From assembly GCF_001642725.1 (NCBI RefSeq), contig NZ_LSUQ01000022.1, positions 1-41,736 on the forward strand: DNA of 41,736 nucleotides. The letters run 5' to 3'. The stretch is from Ferroacidibacillus organovorans. GTDB lineage: Bacteria; Bacillota; Bacilli; Alicyclobacillales; SLC66. Below the pieces are notes generated by a model, which searched no databases, was not told the DNA's origin, and worked only from the letters and a program-made list of their open reading frames with translations. The position numbers and the translations under genes were made by a program. Positions 28,435 to 38,148 of this stretch are shown piece after piece. How positions within the stretch are numbered: position 1 is the stretch's first letter; each line of letters starts with the position of its first letter.

Positions 28435-29073
28435 AACGAAGGCTGGGCGACGTATTGGCACTTAAGGATCATGAGGGAACTCGAACTGACAGACGGTGAG
28501 TCACTCGATTTTGCGCGTACACACTCGGGAGTAGTTCTTCCCTCAAAAACATCGGTGAATCCTTACTTGATTGGACTGAAGATTTGGGAAGACATCGAGA
28601 AGCGCTATGATCATCCGACAGAGGAGATGAAAAAACGATTCGGCGCTCGCGCTGGTCAAGGACGCGAAAAAATGTTTGAAGTTAGGGAGATGGAATCAGA
28701 CACCTCCTTTATTCGAAACTATCTGACGGAGGAACTGGTCAGGGAACTCGATCTCTATCTCTATCAAAAGGTCGGAAATGAGTGGCGAATTGTTGAGACA
28801 GACTGGGAAAAGGTTCGCGACAAGATTTGGAAATCGAGGACAAACGGCGGATATCCGCTTCTTCATGTGGTAGACGGTGACTATCAACTCACGGGAGAAC
28901 TGTATTTGGTACACGCGTACGAAGGGAATGAGTTGGACGTGAAGTACACCGAAAAAACGCTGCCATCCGTCTATAAGCTGTGGGGGCGAACGGTTCACGT
29001 AGAGAGCGTCCTGGAAGGAAGAGCGGTCGTCTTTTCGTATGACGGACGAAAAACGACAAGAAAGTTTCTCTGA
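28435..29073 (+). CDS. spoVR: SpoVR segment 3 (C-terminus)
   Basis: NEGWATYWH.RI.REL...NPY..GLKI.EDIE...ESDTSFIRNYLT...NGGYP...LWGRTV. Confidence 0.95.
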   Translation, partial: NEGWATYWHLRIMRELELTDGESLDFARTHSGVVLPSKTSVNPYLIGLKIWEDIEKRYDHPTEEMKKRFGARAGQGREKMFEVREMESDTSFIRNYLTEELVRELDLYLYQKVGNEWRIVETDWEKVRDKIWKSRTNGGYPLLHVVDGDYQLTGELYLVHAYEGNELDVKYTEKTLPSVYKLWGRTVHVESVLEGRAVVFSYDGRKTTRKFL

Positions 29074-29150
29074 AGTGGCCCTGAATTTGACCTGACCACC
29101 TCAAAAAAGAGTGAGCGGGAATTCGTCGATTGCATTTTGCAAAACGGTTT

Positions 29151-29178
29151 GGCGCCTTGTCGATAAGGCGCCTTTTTT
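29151..29178 (+). terminator. Intrinsic terminator after spoVR
   Basis: GGCGCCTT-loop-AAGGCGCC followed by T6. Confidence 0.85.
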
Positions 29179-29287
29179 ATGGATTCAAGCTGATCTTTAC
29201 AAAGTCTTCAAGAGACCGCTGTAAAGGATTAACACAGCCGCTCTATGATGATGTTAAATCATGGGTGTTTTGTGGAGGAAGCTTTCG

Positions 29288-30010
29288 ATGAATCGAATTC
29301 TATTTGCAGACCGAGATGAAAGATTCTACACTAAATTGAATTTTGCGCTTCATGAGGCAGGGTTTTCAACCGAATTTTCAAGCGACGGCGAAGACGCATT
29401 CGGGCGTATGATGGTTGATCGGACGCGCTTTGACGTGCTCGTGATCGATAGCAATTTGCCGAGCATGAACGGCATCGAACTTTTAAAACGCGTGCGTACG
29501 GCGCGTCTTCACGTGCCGATTTTGATGTTAAACGAGATGGATGACGCAATGGAACGCATTCTTTCGCTCGAACTCGGTGCAGATGATTGTGTGACGAAAC
29601 CTGTGCATGTCCGCGAGTTGGTATTGCGGATACAAGCTTTGAGCCAGTGTCGCAATCGCGTGAATCCGCCTTTTGCGGTGCAGAGTGGTGAATTGCGACT
29701 GGGTAATATGAGACTGCGCGTCGAAGAGCGGGAATGTTTCATCGATCGCTACGAGATAGGTCTCACACCTGTGCAAGTCCAAGTGCTGAAAGCGCTTTTT
29801 CAAAAACCGGGATCTGTGGTGTTGCGCGAAGCGTTGATGCACGCAGCGTGGGGGAAAATTGTGCATCACCACTTGCTGGCGATGCAGATCTCTTTGCTTC
29901 GGCAAAAGTTTGACACGGTGACTACGCGGTCGCACGAGATTGAAACGGTGCATCATCGCGGGTACCGTCTCGCCAAAATTACCCCTTCAGATGAAAAAAG
30001 TATGGTATAG
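29288..30010 (+). CDS. OmpR/PhoP-family response regulator
   Basis: Receiver domain (D.NLP..NG, GADD..TKP) plus winged helix (IETV..RGYR); upstream TTTACA/TTAACA in 11-bp phase. Confidence 0.85.
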   Translation: MNRILFADRDERFYTKLNFALHEAGFSTEFSSDGEDAFGRMMVDRTRFDVLVIDSNLPSMNGIELLKRVRTARLHVPILMLNEMDDAMERILSLELGADDCVTKPVHVRELVLRIQALSQCRNRVNPPFAVQSGELRLGNMRLRVEERECFIDRYEIGLTPVQVQVLKALFQKPGSVVLREALMHAAWGKIVHHHLLAMQISLLRQKFDTVTTRSHEIETVHHRGYRLAKITPSDEKSMV

Positions 30011-30027
30011 GTGCAATTCTATGGAGA

Positions 30028-30062
30028 ATCTTTACGCCATCTTTACAATCAATTGTTATAGT
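30028..30062 (+). promoter_or_regulatory. Pho-box-like repeats and extended -10 for pstB
   Basis: ATCTTTAC twice, 11 bp apart (30028, 30039); TGnTATAGT. Confidence 0.65.
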
Positions 30063-30094
30063 TTTAGTACTTAACCCATTAAGGAGGAACTTGC

Positions 30095-30946
30095 GTGGGA
30101 AACGATGTTTCACTCATGAGCGATGTGCGTACGTATTCCGTGGGCACGATGGCTACAGCCGCAAGATCGCAAACGCTGGAGGTTGTGCGCGATGCTCATG
30201 AATCGATCATCCATGTGGATCGACTCACCGCATTTTATGGAAATAAGCGCGTTCTAAATGAAGTTACGCTAAAAATCCCGTCCAATCAGATTACGGCATT
30301 GATTGGCCCTTCGGGTTGTGGAAAAACAACACTGCTGCGGACACTCAACAGAATGAGTTATGCCACGCCTGGATTCAGACATGAAGGGACCGTGCAGATC
30401 CTTGGACAGGATGTGCGCAGCCTTAAAGATGTTGAGACGTTTCGCAGGTCTGTCGGCATGCTCTTTCAGCGCCCTAATCCGTTTCCCATGTCGATTCTCG
30501 ACAATGTGACGCTCGCCCTCAAGCTGTTTGGCATTTCAAAGAGACGGCGCAACGAGATCGCAGAAGAAATGCTCGGCGAAGTGGGACTGTTGCATGAGAT
30601 TAAGGATCGCCTCCATCAATCGCCTTCCAGTTTGTCAGGTGGGCAACAGCAGCGTCTTTGCTTGGCGCGAGCGCTTGCCGTTGAACCAAAGATCCTCTTG
30701 CTCGATGAACCTGCGTCGGCACTCGACCCTAAATCGACGCGCCTGCTTGAATCGCTGTTTGTACGCCTCGCCGAACGGATGACACTGGTGCTTGTGACGC
30801 ATAACCTGGCACAGGCGAAACGCGTGGCACATCACACCGCTTTTATGGAGTCTGGTGAATTGGTCGAGTGGGGCGATACGGCAGAACTCTTTTCGGCGCC
30901 AAAAGATGAGCGGACGAAAGTGTATGTTGAAGAGCATATCGGATAA
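30095..30946 (+). CDS. pstB: Phosphate ABC transporter ATPase
   Basis: GPSGCGKT, FQRPNPFPMSI, LSGGQQQRLCLAR. Confidence 0.95.
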   Translation: MGNDVSLMSDVRTYSVGTMATAARSQTLEVVRDAHESIIHVDRLTAFYGNKRVLNEVTLKIPSNQITALIGPSGCGKTTLLRTLNRMSYATPGFRHEGTVQILGQDVRSLKDVETFRRSVGMLFQRPNPFPMSILDNVTLALKLFGISKRRRNEIAEEMLGEVGLLHEIKDRLHQSPSSLSGGQQQRLCLARALAVEPKILLLDEPASALDPKSTRLLESLFVRLAERMTLVLVTHNLAQAKRVAHHTAFMESGELVEWGDTAELFSAPKDERTKVYVEEHIG

Positions 30947-31117
30947 GCGGCGTGTGAGCCTATTCTTGCAGATGCTGGCGTGAATTACACAAATCGCTAA
31001 CGTTTGTTAACGATTCCTTTACGTGGATCACATGGTAGCTTTACGTGATCGAGGTAGGATGAAACCATAGAGTTGCGTGAACGCAAACTATGAATCCACG
31101 TTTCGGGGGTTGTCAAA

Positions 31118-32242
31118 TTGAAAAAGAATTGGAAACACAAGGCATACGCGATTGCGAGTGCGTTAACCGTTGGAGCCATGATGATGGGTGGCGTAGGGCA
31201 GGCATTTGCAAAAACGAATGTGGTAAAGCACAGCGTAAAACATGCGAGTGGACCTGTGGTACATCTCCAAGAGACCGGTTCGACACTGCTTTGGCCACTT
31301 TTTCAACTCTGGGTACCTGTTTATAAACATGTTAATTCTAAAGTTGATCTGACAACGGCGGGAACGGGAAGCGGTGTGGGGATCTCGCAAGCTTCCGATG
31401 GCACCGTGCAGATCGGCGCATCCGACGCGTATATGAGCAATCGACTTCTATCACAGCACCCAGGGATGCTCAACATTCCGATGGCCATCTCTGCGCAGCA
31501 GATTATGTATAACATTCCGGGCGTCAAAAAAGGCGTTCACCTTCACCTGACTGGCAACGTCATCGCGCAAATCTATCTCGGCAAGATCCGCTACTGGAAC
31601 GCGCCGCAGATTCAATCGCTCAACAAGGGTGTAAAGCTTCCACACTGGATGATCGTGCCGATTCACCGTACAGACGGTAGCGGCGACACGTTCCTCTTCA
31701 CACAATTCATGACGGACACAAACGCTGCATGGTCGAATTCCGTTCAGTACGGCACGAGTGTAAGCTGGCCGGCGATCAAAGGTGCGCTCGGCGCAAACGG
31801 CAATAACGGTGTCGTGGCACTTGCGAGCAAGACGCCAGGTAGCATCGCGTATGTGGGAATCAGCTGGCTTAACAACGGGCTTAGTGAGGGATTGGGCGAA
31901 GCGGCGCTGCAGAACCGCGCAGGTCGCTACCTGCTTCCGAATCCGGGCACGATCGCTGCGGCCGCAAATATGATGATCGGCAAGACACCGGCGGACGAGA
32001 GAACTTCGCTGATCTACGCACCAGGCGCAAACTCCTATCCAATCATCAACTATGAGTATGCAATCATTAATGAGAAACAGGCGAATCCGGCGACGGCGAC
32101 CGCTGTGAAGAACCTCTTGCTGTGGGCAATCAGTCCGCAGGGCGGTAACAAGGCTGTATTCATGGACAAAGTCCACTTCTTGCCGTTGCCAGCTTCGATT
32201 GCGCCTCTGAGCCGCAAACAGATCGCTAAAATTCACGGGTAA
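31118..32242 (+). CDS. pstS: Phosphate-binding protein
   Basis: Signal peptide, GSTLL.P, GSGVG, GASD, R.DGSGDT, YPIINYEY. Confidence 0.95.
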   Translation: MKKNWKHKAYAIASALTVGAMMMGGVGQAFAKTNVVKHSVKHASGPVVHLQETGSTLLWPLFQLWVPVYKHVNSKVDLTTAGTGSGVGISQASDGTVQIGASDAYMSNRLLSQHPGMLNIPMAISAQQIMYNIPGVKKGVHLHLTGNVIAQIYLGKIRYWNAPQIQSLNKGVKLPHWMIVPIHRTDGSGDTFLFTQFMTDTNAAWSNSVQYGTSVSWPAIKGALGANGNNGVVALASKTPGSIAYVGISWLNNGLSEGLGEAALQNRAGRYLLPNPGTIAAAANMMIGKTPADERTSLIYAPGANSYPIINYEYAIINEKQANPATATAVKNLLLWAISPQGGNKAVFMDKVHFLPLPASIAPLSRKQIAKIHG

Positions 32243-32253
32243 GGGGTCATCGA

Positions 32254-33243
32254 GTGAAACGGGAGCGATTTTTATCCCTTATCTTCCGGGTGACTACTGG
32301 CGTAATGGCCAGTAGTCCTTTCCTTATTCTTTTATTCATTCTCATCGTATTGGTTCGCGATGCAATACCTGCCATCCGCTATCAAGGTTCCTCTTTTTTC
32401 ACTGGCGTCACGTGGAACATGGGCAATATGTATGCGAACAATCCGATTGTTCATAACGGCGTTCAAGCAGCTCCAGGCGCCAGCTTTGGCATTCTGCCGT
32501 TTATCATGGGGACGCTTGGTTCCTCCCTCATCGCACTGCTCATCGGCGTGCCGTTTGCGCTGATGACCGCTTTCGCTTTGGTCTACAAGGTGCCAAAGCC
32601 GATTCAGCGTGTCCTTTCGCCCATGGTCGAACTCCTGGCGGGGATTCCGAGTGTGGTTTACGGTTTGTGGGGCGTAGAATCCCTCTCGCCCTTCATCGAA
32701 TTTAAATTGGGTCCACTCTTGACGCGCTTAGGGCATGCGGTTCCCTTTTTGGCAGGACCTGTTGGCACAGGTTTTGGACTGCTGACAAGTGGACTCGTTC
32801 TTGCGGTGATGATCATTCCGATCATTACTGCGACAACGAGGGATTTGCTGATGCAGGTTCCGACGCTCTCGCTCGAAGGCGCGCACGCACTCGGACTCAC
32901 CAGTTTTGAATCCGTTCGCTTTGTGGCGTATCCGTGGGTAAAGCGAGGGATTTTTGGCGCGATTGTGCTCGGCCTTGGCAGAGCGCTTGGCGAGACGATG
33001 GCTGTGCTCATGGTGAGTGGGGACGCGGCAAACTATCTCCCCTACAATTTATACAGCCCTATCTCGACGATGGCGTCAACGATTGCGGCATTGCTCGATA
33101 GCGCACTGACAGATTTCACGGGAATGTCTGTTCACGCCCTTGCTTTCATTGCGCTTACGCTTCTCGTCATTACTGTCATTACCAATCTGATTGCACGACT
33201 GCTCGTATCCATGGGACGTCAAAATGTGCATGTGGAGATGTGA
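32254..33243 (+). CDS. pstC: Phosphate ABC permease
   Basis: ELLAGIPSVVYGLWG and GRALGETMAV. Confidence 0.95.
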   Translation: MKRERFLSLIFRVTTGVMASSPFLILLFILIVLVRDAIPAIRYQGSSFFTGVTWNMGNMYANNPIVHNGVQAAPGASFGILPFIMGTLGSSLIALLIGVPFALMTAFALVYKVPKPIQRVLSPMVELLAGIPSVVYGLWGVESLSPFIEFKLGPLLTRLGHAVPFLAGPVGTGFGLLTSGLVLAVMIIPIITATTRDLLMQVPTLSLEGAHALGLTSFESVRFVAYPWVKRGIFGAIVLGLGRALGETMAVLMVSGDAANYLPYNLYSPISTMASTIAALLDSALTDFTGMSVHALAFIALTLLVITVITNLIARLLVSMGRQNVHVEM

Positions 33244-33285
33244 CGCGCGGTGTCATTGAATTTAAGGCAAAACGGAGGAACGCCT

Positions 33286-34137
33286 ATGCACGGATCGACG
33301 ACGATGCGCGGTTACTCTCGCAAAATCGCGTCCAACATGACGTGGATGCTGTCCCTCGGCGCGCTGCTTCTCGTCGTGATTGTCGTGCTAGACATCTTGA
33401 TCACGGTCGTGCGACAAGGCGCTGGTGGAATTTCTCTCTCCCTTTTTACGACGCAGACGACAGGAATTGCAGGCGGTCTCCAAAACGCCATTCTGGGAAC
33501 ACTTGATCTCATTTTTTTTAGCACACTGTTCGCAGGGCCCGTGGGCATCATGGGAGGCATTTATCTCGCGGTGTTTGCACCTGATCGAATCGCGCGGACC
33601 TTGCGCTTCGTTGCAGAAGTACTTGCAGGCATCCCATCGATTGTCATTGGCTACTTTGGATACACGATGATGGTGCAGGCGTTTGGATGGGGATTCTCCG
33701 TCCTGGCCGGTTCCATTAGTCTGTCCATTCTGACCCTCCCCTATATCGTGCGGACGACAGAGGCGAGCATTCGACAAGTCCCAAAGAGTTATTACGAAGG
33801 AGCATTGGCGCTAGGTCTCACGCCCTTTTCGGCGCTGCGAACCGTGGTGATGCGTCCCGCCACACCTGGCATCGTGACGGGGCTCCTCTTGGCGATCTCC
33901 ATCGGACTCGGGGAGACGGCCCCACTCATTTACACGGCAGGTTGGTCGAATTTTAACCCAACCCTCCATTTGACCAAGAACCCAATCGGATATCTGACGT
34001 ACGTCGTGTGGACGTATTTGAATGAACCGTACTCGTCGGCTCATCGATTGGCGTATACAGCGGCACTTTTGCTGATTATTCTCGTCGTCATTCTTCATCT
34101 CCTTGCGCGATTTCTTCAACCGAGAGTAAAAGGGTAG
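33286..34137 (+). CDS. pstA: Phosphate ABC permease
   Basis: LAGIPSIV.G and GETAPL; GGAGG RBS. Confidence 0.93.
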   Translation: MHGSTTMRGYSRKIASNMTWMLSLGALLLVVIVVLDILITVVRQGAGGISLSLFTTQTTGIAGGLQNAILGTLDLIFFSTLFAGPVGIMGGIYLAVFAPDRIARTLRFVAEVLAGIPSIVIGYFGYTMMVQAFGWGFSVLAGSISLSILTLPYIVRTTEASIRQVPKSYYEGALALGLTPFSALRTVVMRPATPGIVTGLLLAISIGLGETAPLIYTAGWSNFNPTLHLTKNPIGYLTYVVWTYLNEPYSSAHRLAYTAALLLIILVVILHLLARFLQPRVKG

Positions 34138-34156
34138 GATCTGGCGCGATAGAGTG

Positions 34157-34195
34157 AACACATCCCCGAGGGATTTCTCTCGGGGATGTGTTTTT
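34157..34195. terminator. Terminator between convergent genes
   Basis: 14-bp perfect stem AACACATCCCCGAG/CTCGGGGATGTGTT. Confidence 0.85.
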
Positions 34196-34196
34196 G

Positions 34197-34373
34197 TCAG
34201 GAATGGTCCGGCTTGTGATCCGGGGACTGATACGAGAAGGTGTCGCAACACGTTCCGCGCTCTGTGCCCACGATCTCATTGCCAATTTTTTTGACGAGAA
34301 TCGACGCTGCACTACAATGAAGTTTCTCATTGTAAACACACTCTTCGACCATACATCGGACAGCGCTTGGCAC
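34197..34373 (-). CDS. Small Cys-rich DUF1540-like protein
   Basis: C.VEEC.YN....C.A..I.V....T.C.TF pattern; AGGGGG RBS before GTG. Confidence 0.7.
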   Translation of the reverse strand: MPSAVRCMVEECVYNEKLHCSAASILVKKIGNEIVGTERGTCCDTFSYQSPDHKPDHS

Positions 34374-34453
34374 TGCAACCACCCCCTGACTGGTAGCGTT
34401 GCCATGTCCCGGAACTTCATGCGTCATTTTGCGACATTTACCAATCACGCCGT

Positions 34454-35284
34454 TCAGGATGAGGTGATCTGGAGTTTTGGCTTGGTCGGTTTTTTTCGCA
34501 GATAGGCGTATACCATCACCGCTAAATAGACGAGATAGGTGACAACCTGAAGCGCGGTCGGGCTGGCGGCATAACCGAAAAAGGAATGCAGGATATCGCC
34601 AAAGGTCGAGTTTTCGTTGATCAAGGAAGACGTGTTCCAAAGCGGGCGAATGCCTAGCGAGATCCAGCCCAGTTGCTGCCAATCTTCAATCGCGTTTGAA
34701 AGAAGTCCTGCGCCAAACAGCATAAGGAGGGTTCCCATGGTAGTGAAAAAGTGACGCATATTAATCTTGCGTCCTGCAACATAGATGACATAGCTGAGCG
34801 ACAATCCTGCGATCAAGCCGAGTGTCGCCCCAATGACGAGCAGAATGGGTTTTGTTTGAAATGCGATGGCAATCATAAACACGACCGTTTCAATGCCCTC
34901 ACGCCCCACGGTGATAAACGCAATGAGTGAGAGTGACCACATCATGCCATGTTGGAAGGCGGCAGACATCTTTTGCTCGATGTCTCGCTTGAGAAAACGA
35001 CTTTGTTTTTTCATCCAGAATGTCATGTAGGTGAGAATCAATGCCGCGATGAGGTAGGTGAAGCTCTCGATTTTCGTCTGCAGCGCCGTCCCCGCGTAAT
35101 CGTGGATCGTGAGGAAAATGGCGACGCCAACGCCAGCGGAAAGGATGACCGCCGCGAATACCCCAATCAGCACGTCGCGAAAGCGATCGCGGCGATTGAT
35201 TTGACGCAGGTAGGCGAACATGATCGAACAAATCATGGAAGCCTCGAATGCTTCGCGAAAAAAGATTAAGAATGATCCTAGCAC
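34454..35284 (-). CDS. FTR1/EfeU-family iron permease
   Basis: Two RExxE motifs (REAFE, REGIE); MTFWM. Confidence 0.92.
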   Translation of the reverse strand: MLGSFLIFFREAFEASMICSIMFAYLRQINRRDRFRDVLIGVFAAVILSAGVGVAIFLTIHDYAGTALQTKIESFTYLIAALILTYMTFWMKKQSRFLKRDIEQKMSAAFQHGMMWSLSLIAFITVGREGIETVVFMIAIAFQTKPILLVIGATLGLIAGLSLSYVIYVAGRKINMRHFFTTMGTLLMLFGAGLLSNAIEDWQQLGWISLGIRPLWNTSSLINENSTFGDILHSFFGYAASPTALQVVTYLVYLAVMVYAYLRKKPTKPKLQITSS

Positions 35285-35557
35285 GTGACGGCCCCCTAGG
35301 TTTGTCTTGGCTGTGGATCACGTCCTCGATCCGATTGCGTCCGTACATTGCGTGTATTTTTTACGCCCTTCTTTATCACTATAACCTAATGCCGGGTGTT
35401 AGTATAGACTAACAAACTTTTGCTTGTAACAATTTCGTGAAAGATGAAAAGACGAACATTAAATCTTGAATTAAAGATTCTGTTCGTATTTTTGCTTGAC
35501 TCTCTCGTAGAGTTACGTAAGATGAGAGGTGAGGAATCACACGAAGGGGAGGCTGTT

Positions 35558-36961
35558 ATGTCGAACATGACGTCAGAGTATTACGGTGACGAGGTTCTCC
35601 ATGTCGAACCGCATGGCATTGAACCGATTTCGCAGAGTGAGCGTCACGGAAAGCCGCGCAGTCTGTTTACCCTTTGGTTCAGCGCGAATCTGGAGTTTGC
35701 GACACTCACGGTAGGGGTTCTGTCGGTCGGATTATTCGGCATGAGTCTCTCCCAAGCGTTTTGGGCCATCGCGATCGGCACCATTCTGGGAGCGGTTGTC
35801 GTCGGACTCTTAACGACGTTTGGGTACCGGTGGGGTGTTCCACAGTTGGTTCAGTCACGCGGAGCGTTTGGTTTTTATGGGAATTTTCTTCCATCCATCA
35901 TCAACTTTGCCGCAGGTGTTGGCTGGTACGCGGTGAATACCGTACTAGGCGTTTACGCGTTACAGTGGCTACTTCCGATTGGCTTTCTACCGAATCTCCT
36001 GATCATGATCGTGCTGCAGGCGGCGGTCAGCATCTATGGCCATAACATGATTCACTGGATTGAAAAAGTATCCGCCCTCATTCTTGCCGCAGTTTTCTTA
36101 ATCGTTACGTTCTATGCTTTCGGACATATCAATCTTAACATCGCAGAAAATGTCAAAGCGCCATTGTTCAGTGGCACGGTCGGCTCGTTTATCTTGTCGA
36201 TCGGCGCATCGCTCTCTTATATCATGGGCTGGATGACGTACTCCTCGGATTACAGTCGCTATCTTCCAAAAGGTACCAAAGGGTCGAGCGCGTTTTGGGC
36301 GGCGTTCCTCGGGAACACCATCCCTTGCATCTGGCTCGAACTTCTCGGCGCGGCGCTTGCCTCCGTGAAGAGCATCGCCGTCCCAACCGATTTGGTCTCG
36401 GGGCTCATGCCTCACGCGCTTGTCGTGATCACGATGCTTGCCATCATCCTGGGAACCATTACGGCAAACGTACTCAACATCTACTCGGGTTCTCTGTCGC
36501 TGCTCGCCATCGATACACAGTGGCTGAAAGCGATCGCGCCAAAGCGCTGGATCGTCACACTTTTTATTGGTATTCTCGGCGGCATCCTCTCCTATATTGG
36601 CGGTCGCAGTGGATATTACACGAATTACAGCAACTTCCTCTATGTGCTCTCGTACTGGGTTAGCCCGTGGGTCGCGGTGATCCTCATGGATTATCTGCTG
36701 TACCGGCGTAGCGACGACAATGTGGATTCTTTCTACTCAAAACAGCGTGCGCTCGGCGCGGGACTCTGGTCTTTCATTCTTGGTTTTCTCGCTTCTGTCC
36801 CGTTTTTCAACCAGGCGATGTACGTTGGTTTTATCGCCGCGAAATATCCGCACATTGGTGATATATCGTATTACGTCAGCTTTGTGGTAGCCGCGATCCT
36901 CTATGGACTCTTTTCGACGATTGGACGCTCTACCGCAAAAGCGGGTGCATCGGTCGCGTAG
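35558..36961 (+). CDS. Purine-cytosine permease (NCS1 family)
   Basis: E.HGIEPI...ERHG, WFSAN, SR.AFG..G, DYSRY. Confidence 0.9.
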   Translation: MSNMTSEYYGDEVLHVEPHGIEPISQSERHGKPRSLFTLWFSANLEFATLTVGVLSVGLFGMSLSQAFWAIAIGTILGAVVVGLLTTFGYRWGVPQLVQSRGAFGFYGNFLPSIINFAAGVGWYAVNTVLGVYALQWLLPIGFLPNLLIMIVLQAAVSIYGHNMIHWIEKVSALILAAVFLIVTFYAFGHINLNIAENVKAPLFSGTVGSFILSIGASLSYIMGWMTYSSDYSRYLPKGTKGSSAFWAAFLGNTIPCIWLELLGAALASVKSIAVPTDLVSGLMPHALVVITMLAIILGTITANVLNIYSGSLSLLAIDTQWLKAIAPKRWIVTLFIGILGGILSYIGGRSGYYTNYSNFLYVLSYWVSPWVAVILMDYLLYRRSDDNVDSFYSKQRALGAGLWSFILGFLASVPFFNQAMYVGFIAAKYPHIGDISYYVSFVVAAILYGLFSTIGRSTAKAGASVA

Positions 36962-36979
36962 GTATATTTCCTTTCCATA

Positions 36980-37018
36980 CAACAAAGCCCAGATCGCACT
37001 GCGATCTGGGCTTTGTTG
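36980..37018. terminator. Bidirectional terminator
   Basis: 19-bp perfect inverted repeat between convergent genes. Confidence 0.85.
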
Positions 37019-37056
37019 CCGCTTGGCGGAGTCACTGGCAGTGATGTTCACCTGTG

Positions 37057-38148
37057 TCAGGCGAGGGATGCGGCGCGCGCCTTTTCGATCGTTTCCATAA
37101 GGGAGTCAAACGATTGGGCGAACGCGTCGAGTCCCTTTTTCTTTAGCTCGCGGCCGATTTCATCCAGATCGATGGAAGCGGTTTTGCACGCGTCGAGGAT
37201 CTCCTGCGTGTGCGCTTTGTCTGCGTCTATGGTTCGCTTGACGACACCGTGCTCAAGGAATGCGTGCAGGGTGGCCGGAGGCATCGTATTCACCGTGTGT
37301 GGGCCAATCAGCGTCTCGACGTAGAGGACATCCCGGAAGGCTTTATTCTTCGTGCCGGTCGACGCAAAGAGCGGTCGCTGCGCGCGTGCGCCATGGTTGC
37401 GCAATTCTGCGAACGGTGCTCCCTCAAAGATGGCTTGGAATGACTGATAGATCTGCTGTGCGTTCGCGATTGCGACGCTCCCTTTGAGCAGGGCGGGGAG
37501 AGCATCGCCGACGCGACTCTCGACGGCGGCGTCGATGCGGCTGACAAACACGCTGGCGACAGATGAAACGGTGCGTAGCGTCTGACCGCTTTTTAGCCTG
37601 CGCGAAAGTCCGCGCAGGTACGCGTGTGCAACGTCCTCATAATCGCGGAGCGTAAACATCAACGTCACGTTGACAGAGATACCATCCGCCGTCAAATTCT
37701 CAAACGCGATGAGCCCCTCAGGCGTAGCCGGAACTTTGATCATGAGATTTGGCAGGTTCAGCAGTTTCACGAGGCGATGTGCTTCCGCCTCCGTTTGCTC
37801 GTGATTGTCACAGAATGCGGGAGGCACTTCCAGGCTGACATAGCCGTCTTCGCCATCTGTCGCTTCATAGAGTGGAAGAAGGCTTTGTGCCGCTGCGTTG
37901 ATGTCATCAAAGACGAGCGCGTCGTAAATTTCCTCCGCGCTCTTTTTGCGCGCTGCCAAGGCGTTAATCTTGGCGCGGTAGAGGTCGCTGTGACCGATCG
38001 CCTGTTCAAAAATGGTGGGATTCGAAGTCATCCCGCGAACGCCGCGCTCGAGAAGCGCGCTCATCTCGCCTGTGCTGAATAAGTCGGAACGAATGTAATC
38101 AAGCCAGGCGCTCTGCCCGTGTTTGTGCAATTCGTGTAACGTGGTCAC
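37057..38148 (-). CDS. tal: Transaldolase (long type)
   Basis: [42 protein letters not shown]. Confidence 0.95.
   Translation of the reverse strand: MTTLHELHKHGQSAWLDYIRSDLFSTGEMSALLERGVRGMTSNPTIFEQAIGHSDLYRAKINALAARKKSAEEIYDALVFDDINAAAQSLLPLYEATDGEDGYVSLEVPPAFCDNHEQTEAEAHRLVKLLNLPNLMIKVPATPEGLIAFENLTADGISVNVTLMFTLRDYEDVAHAYLRGLSRRLKSGQTLRTVSSVASVFVSRIDAAVESRVGDALPALLKGSVAIANAQQIYQSFQAIFEGAPFAELRNHGARAQRPLFASTGTKNKAFRDVLYVETLIGPHTVNTMPPATLHAFLEHGVVKRTIDADKAHTQEILDACKTASIDLDEIGRELKKKGLDAFAQSFDSLMETIEKARAASLA

Larger units (their letters stand above)
15607..28448. mobile_element. Element 4: 12,828-bp LSR element inside spoVR
   Basis: Direct repeat AACGAAGGCTGGGC at 15607-15620 and 28435-28448; deletion gives [19 protein letters not shown] in frame. 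Confidence 0.93.

Noticed and set aside
1..28448. A single prophage or conjugative element
   Set aside because: No capsid, terminase, replication or conjugation genes; host gene segments separate four distinct units.
3379..29073. Treating yhbH/spoVR pieces as ordinary pseudogenes or paralogues
   Set aside because: Pieces are non-overlapping, colinear, stop-free and rejoin in frame at duplicated cores.
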